51,313 bases of DNA from the NCBI GenBank assembly GCA_045592225.1, contig JAZNUH010000007.1, positions 1 through 51,313 of the forward strand, given 5' to 3'. Source of the stretch: Clostridia bacterium. Its GTDB lineage: Bacteria; Bacillota; Clostridia; UMGS1883; UMGS1540. Positions 46,450 to 51,313 of the stretch are shown in pieces. Under the pieces are notes generated by a model. It was given only the letters and a program-made list of their open reading frames with translations. It was not told the origin of the DNA and did no database searches. Made by a program: the position numbers and the translations under genes. The first letter of the stretch is position 1; each line of letters begins with the position of its first letter.

Positions 46450-48663
46450 GTGAGCGAGATTTTAACACAGTTAAATAAAGAGCAGGCCTCGGCGGTTTCC
46501 ACCGCTGAAGGCCCGCTTCTCGTTCTTGCCGGAGCGGGAAGCGGAAAAACAAGAGTACTCACATATCGTATTGCATACCTTGTAAACGAAAAGGGTGTAG
46601 CACCATGGAGTATTCTTGCAATAACATTTACCAACAAAGCCGCCGCAGAAATGCGTGAGAGGCTTTTTAATCTTATTGGGGAAAGTGCCGAGGATATGTG
46701 GATAAGAACATTCCATTCGGCTTGTGTTCGTATACTCCGTAAGGATATTGAACGTATAGGTTATGATAAAAGCTTTGTTATCTATGATTCGGATGACCAG
46801 AAAAAGCTTATAAAAGACTGTATGAAGCAGCTTAATATAAGTGATAAAGAGTATAATGTAAACTCGGTTATATCCTATATCAGCAGCGCCAAGGATGAGT
46901 ATATGTCACCCGCTGAGTATACGGATTTTTACAAAAGCAATTTCCGTATGCTTAAAGTGGGAGAAATATATTCTCTTTACCAGAAGCGTCTTAAAGACTA
47001 TAATGCGGTAGACTTTGATGACCTTCTTATGTTGACAGTACGTCTGTTTGAAGAATGTCCCGATGTACTTGAGTATTACCGCAGAAAGTTCAAGTACATT
47101 CACGTTGATGAGTATCAGGACACAAACAATCTCCAGTACCGTTTAATCCATTTGCTTGCCAAGCAACACAGAAATCTTTGTGTTGTTGGTGACGATGACC
47201 AGAGTATTTATAAGTTCCGCGGAGCCAACATACGGAATATACTGGAATTTGAGGCACAGTTTTCCGATGCCAAAACAGTAAAGCTTGAACAAAACTACCG
47301 CAGTACCAAAACAATACTCGAGGCGGCAAACGGAGTGATTTCGAAAAATATCGGCAGAAAGGGTAAAACACTCTGGACAGATAACGATAAAGGTGATGAT
47401 ATTACACTTTATACATCGTCCAATGAACGTGACGAAGCAAACTTTATTGCCGAGGAAATATACAGACTTCATCATAGCGAAGGCGTTAAGTTTTCGGACA
47501 TAGCCGTTTTGTACAGAATGAATGCACAGGCGCGTATGATAGAAGAAAGTCTTATGCGTACAGCCGTGCCCTACAAAATCATGGCAGGTCACAGATTTTA
47601 TGACCGTAAGGAAATAAGAGATACTATTGCATATCTTAAGGTGTTAAATAACCCCGCTGATAACGTAAGCCTTGTAAGAATTATCAACGAGCCAAAACGA
47701 AAAATCGGTGCAACATCTGTCGAAAAAATAACTCAGCTTGCCGATGAAGCGGGAGAGAGCATTTTTTCATACATAAGCAATCCCAAAAACTTTGATAATC
47801 TCGGTAGTGCAAGAGTAGCGGTAACAGAGTTTGCTAAAATGATGAACGGACTTCGTGAAAAAGCGGCTACAATGAAGGCGTCTGAATTTATTAGTCTTGT
47901 TCTTCAGCAGTCGGGTTATCTTGCACAGTTTACTGCAGATATGTCAAACCCAGAGAATGCATCAAGAATAGAAAATATCAAGGAACTTATTTCGGGTGCC
48001 ATTATCTTTGAACAGGAAAACGAGGGTGCGGTGCTTGGTGATTTTCTTGATAATGTTTCACTTGTGTCTGATATTGATAAGTACGATGAAGAGGTTGATG
48101 CATCGGTTCTTATGACACTGCACACAGCAAAAGGACTTGAATTCCCTGTTGTTTTCCTTTGCGGAATGGAGGAAGGTATATTCCCATCAATGCGTTCAAT
48201 GGAAAGCAACGACGAAATAGAGGAGGAGAGAAGACTTTGCTATGTAGGTATAACAAGAGCAAGGAAAAAGCTTTATCTTACCAATGCAAAGCAGCGAACC
48301 TTCCAGGGCTCAACTATGTATGCAAAGCTTTCGCGTTTTGCAAGGGAAATACCCGGTCATCTTATTGATGAACAGGAAAGCAAGAACATTTATAAGGCAA
48401 GTGCAAGCGATTTCTCAGACAATTACACGCAGAAAAAACCTGTTGAGTTTAAATCAGCATTCACAAGTTCTACAGCTTCTGCACCAAAGGCTTCAAACTG
48501 TGACCTTCGTCCCGGTGACAGAGTTTCTCATAAGAAGTTCGGTCAGGGCACAGTTATATCTGCTGTACCTGTAGGAAATGACACAAAGCTTGAAATCGCC
48601 TTTGACAGTGTAGGTACAAAAACAATGCTTGCGGTATATGCAAATCTTACCAAACTGTCATAA
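46450..48663 (+). CDS. pcrA: ATP-dependent DNA helicase PcrA (UvrD/Rep superfamily 1)
   Basis: LNKEQASAV.., Walker A AGAGSGKT, ..HVDEYQDTN.., ..LEQNYRST.., ..MTLHTAKGLEFPVVF.., ..YVGITRA... GTG start. Confidence 0.92.
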   Translation: MSEILTQLNKEQASAVSTAEGPLLVLAGAGSGKTRVLTYRIAYLVNEKGVAPWSILAITFTNKAAAEMRERLFNLIGESAEDMWIRTFHSACVRILRKDIERIGYDKSFVIYDSDDQKKLIKDCMKQLNISDKEYNVNSVISYISSAKDEYMSPAEYTDFYKSNFRMLKVGEIYSLYQKRLKDYNAVDFDDLLMLTVRLFEECPDVLEYYRRKFKYIHVDEYQDTNNLQYRLIHLLAKQHRNLCVVGDDDQSIYKFRGANIRNILEFEAQFSDAKTVKLEQNYRSTKTILEAANGVISKNIGRKGKTLWTDNDKGDDITLYTSSNERDEANFIAEEIYRLHHSEGVKFSDIAVLYRMNAQARMIEESLMRTAVPYKIMAGHRFYDRKEIRDTIAYLKVLNNPADNVSLVRIINEPKRKIGATSVEKITQLADEAGESIFSYISNPKNFDNLGSARVAVTEFAKMMNGLREKAATMKASEFISLVLQQSGYLAQFTADMSNPENASRIENIKELISGAIIFEQENEGAVLGDFLDNVSLVSDIDKYDEEVDASVLMTLHTAKGLEFPVVFLCGMEEGIFPSMRSMESNDEIEEERRLCYVGITRARKKLYLTNAKQRTFQGSTMYAKLSRFAREIPGHLIDEQESKNIYKASASDFSDNYTQKKPVEFKSAFTSSTASAPKASNCDLRPGDRVSHKKFGQGTVISAVPVGNDTKLEIAFDSVGTKTMLAVYANLTKLS

Positions 48664-48741
48664 AAATAAGAAAACCGAAGAAAAATTAAGAAAAGCAGAG
48701 ATAAATAGGGCGTAATCCCAAAAAACGGGTATAAACAAAAC

Positions 48742-48770
48742 TTGATAAAGATACAATAAATTAGTAATAT
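48742..48770 (+). promoter_or_regulatory. groESL promoter
   Basis: TTGATA (48742-48747), 17-nt spacer, TAATAT (48765-48770), immediately upstream of CIRCE. Confidence 0.55.
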
Positions 48771-48778
48771 AATACTTG

Positions 48779-48805
48779 TTAGCACTCGCAGGTGTTGAGT
48801 GCTAA
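48779..48805. promoter_or_regulatory. CIRCE operator (HrcA binding site)
   Basis: TTAGCACTC-N9-GAGTGCTAA is a perfect match to the CIRCE consensus, 28 nt upstream of groES. Confidence 0.92.
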
Positions 48806-49117
<312 letters not shown>

Positions 49118-49122
49118 TTTAA

Positions 49123-50769
<1,647 letters not shown>

Positions 50770-50780
50770 TAAATAATATT

Positions 50781-50818
50781 AAAACCTCCTGCCGGAATAT
50801 CCGGTAGGAGGTTTTTTT
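50781..50818. terminator. Bidirectional terminator between groEL and the convergent partial gene
   Basis: AAACCTCCTGCCGG-AATAT-CCGGTAGGAGGTTT stem (one G-T wobble), flanked by an A-run and a T-run. Confidence 0.8.
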
Positions 50819-50842
50819 GTGTTTTGCTTAAAAGGTAGAGGA

Positions 50843-51313
50843 TTAACTATTCTGATTTGCTTTTTTCTCTGTAAGTTCTATTGCAAGATTGTTGAAATTC
50901 ACTTGTGATTCGAGGGCGTTCATAAGTTTAACCATTTTTTCATCGCCATCCTGTGCCGCTAATTTCGACCATTCAAAGGCTTTCTCGTAATACCCGGCAA
51001 ATATTTTAAAGGAATCGTTGCCCTTACCATGGTATTTTTTATGCATTTCGGCAATGCGTACATAATCATCTGTAATACTTTTTGCAGCTGCGGGGACAGG
51101 AATACATTCGTATGACTTTTCCCATTCTTTAATGGCTTTGAGTAACTGTTCTATGTATCTGTCACCCTGTAGCTCATTTGCTTTTTGTTCGAGCGCCGTT
51201 GCTCTGTCAAAGTGGTACAAGCATTTTACTACCGGAGAATTATCAAATTTTTTCTGAAAGTCTGTGCCTATAACCTCATCAATACATTTAACCTTTTCTA
51301 TCCATTTTTTTGC
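50843..51313 (-). CDS. Hypothetical helical protein (weakly Sel1/TPR-like), 5'-truncated by the window edge
   Basis: The reading frame stays open from the stop at 50843 to position 51313 (AKKWIEKVKCIDEV...). The ORF-track 'M' at 51220 is an internal TTG. No confident family assignment. Confidence 0.5.
   Translation of the reverse strand, partial: AKKWIEKVKCIDEVIGTDFQKKFDNSPVVKCLYHFDRATALEQKANELQGDRYIEQLLKAIKEWEKSYECIPVPAAAKSITDDYVRIAEMHKKYHGKGNDSFKIFAGYYEKAFEWSKLAAQDGDEKMVKLMNALESQVNFNNLAIELTEKKANQNS

Overview
This is a chromosomal, mostly housekeeping segment from an anaerobic, spore-forming Firmicute. The gene content is Clostridia-like: bofA, a SpoIID-family gene, rnfCDGEAB, PFOR, indolepyruvate:ferredoxin oxidoreductase, split transketolase, CIRCE-controlled groESL and SLH-anchored surface proteins. 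I call 42 CDS (one truncated at the right edge) and 3 tRNAs (Lys-CUU, Arg-CCU, Thr-GGU). I also call several near-consensus sigma-A promoters, intrinsic terminators, a LexA box and a CIRCE operator. Many six-frame ORFs carry spurious 5' extensions, so I re-set starts using RBS placement and stop/start overlaps. I see no transposase, integrase, phage, CRISPR-Cas, toxin-antitoxin or recognisable defence gene, and therefore no novel protein-coding system that I can support. The unexplained signals are non-coding. (i) At 18262-18443 a symmetric array of seven GTGAAAT motifs sits between two terminators next to tRNA-Arg, each motif followed by a short hairpin whose stem sequence differs from the others. 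(ii) At 6861-7062 a consensus promoter and a strong terminator enclose about 165 nt of structured, non-coding sequence (orphan sRNA candidate). (iii) At 7098-7347 a GC-rich, roughly 160-bp segment beside tRNA-Lys is bounded by one direct and one inverted copy of tRNA-Lys 3'-half sequence. All three need database and covariation searches that I cannot run. Lower-interest points are unusual operon compositions (hisS-aspS fused to an ABC/GldG/DUF4340 module; cdaA-cdaR followed by ogg and two flavoproteins rather than glmM), aaRS operons without T-box leaders, and an SLH protein with a SecD-P1-head-like C-terminus.
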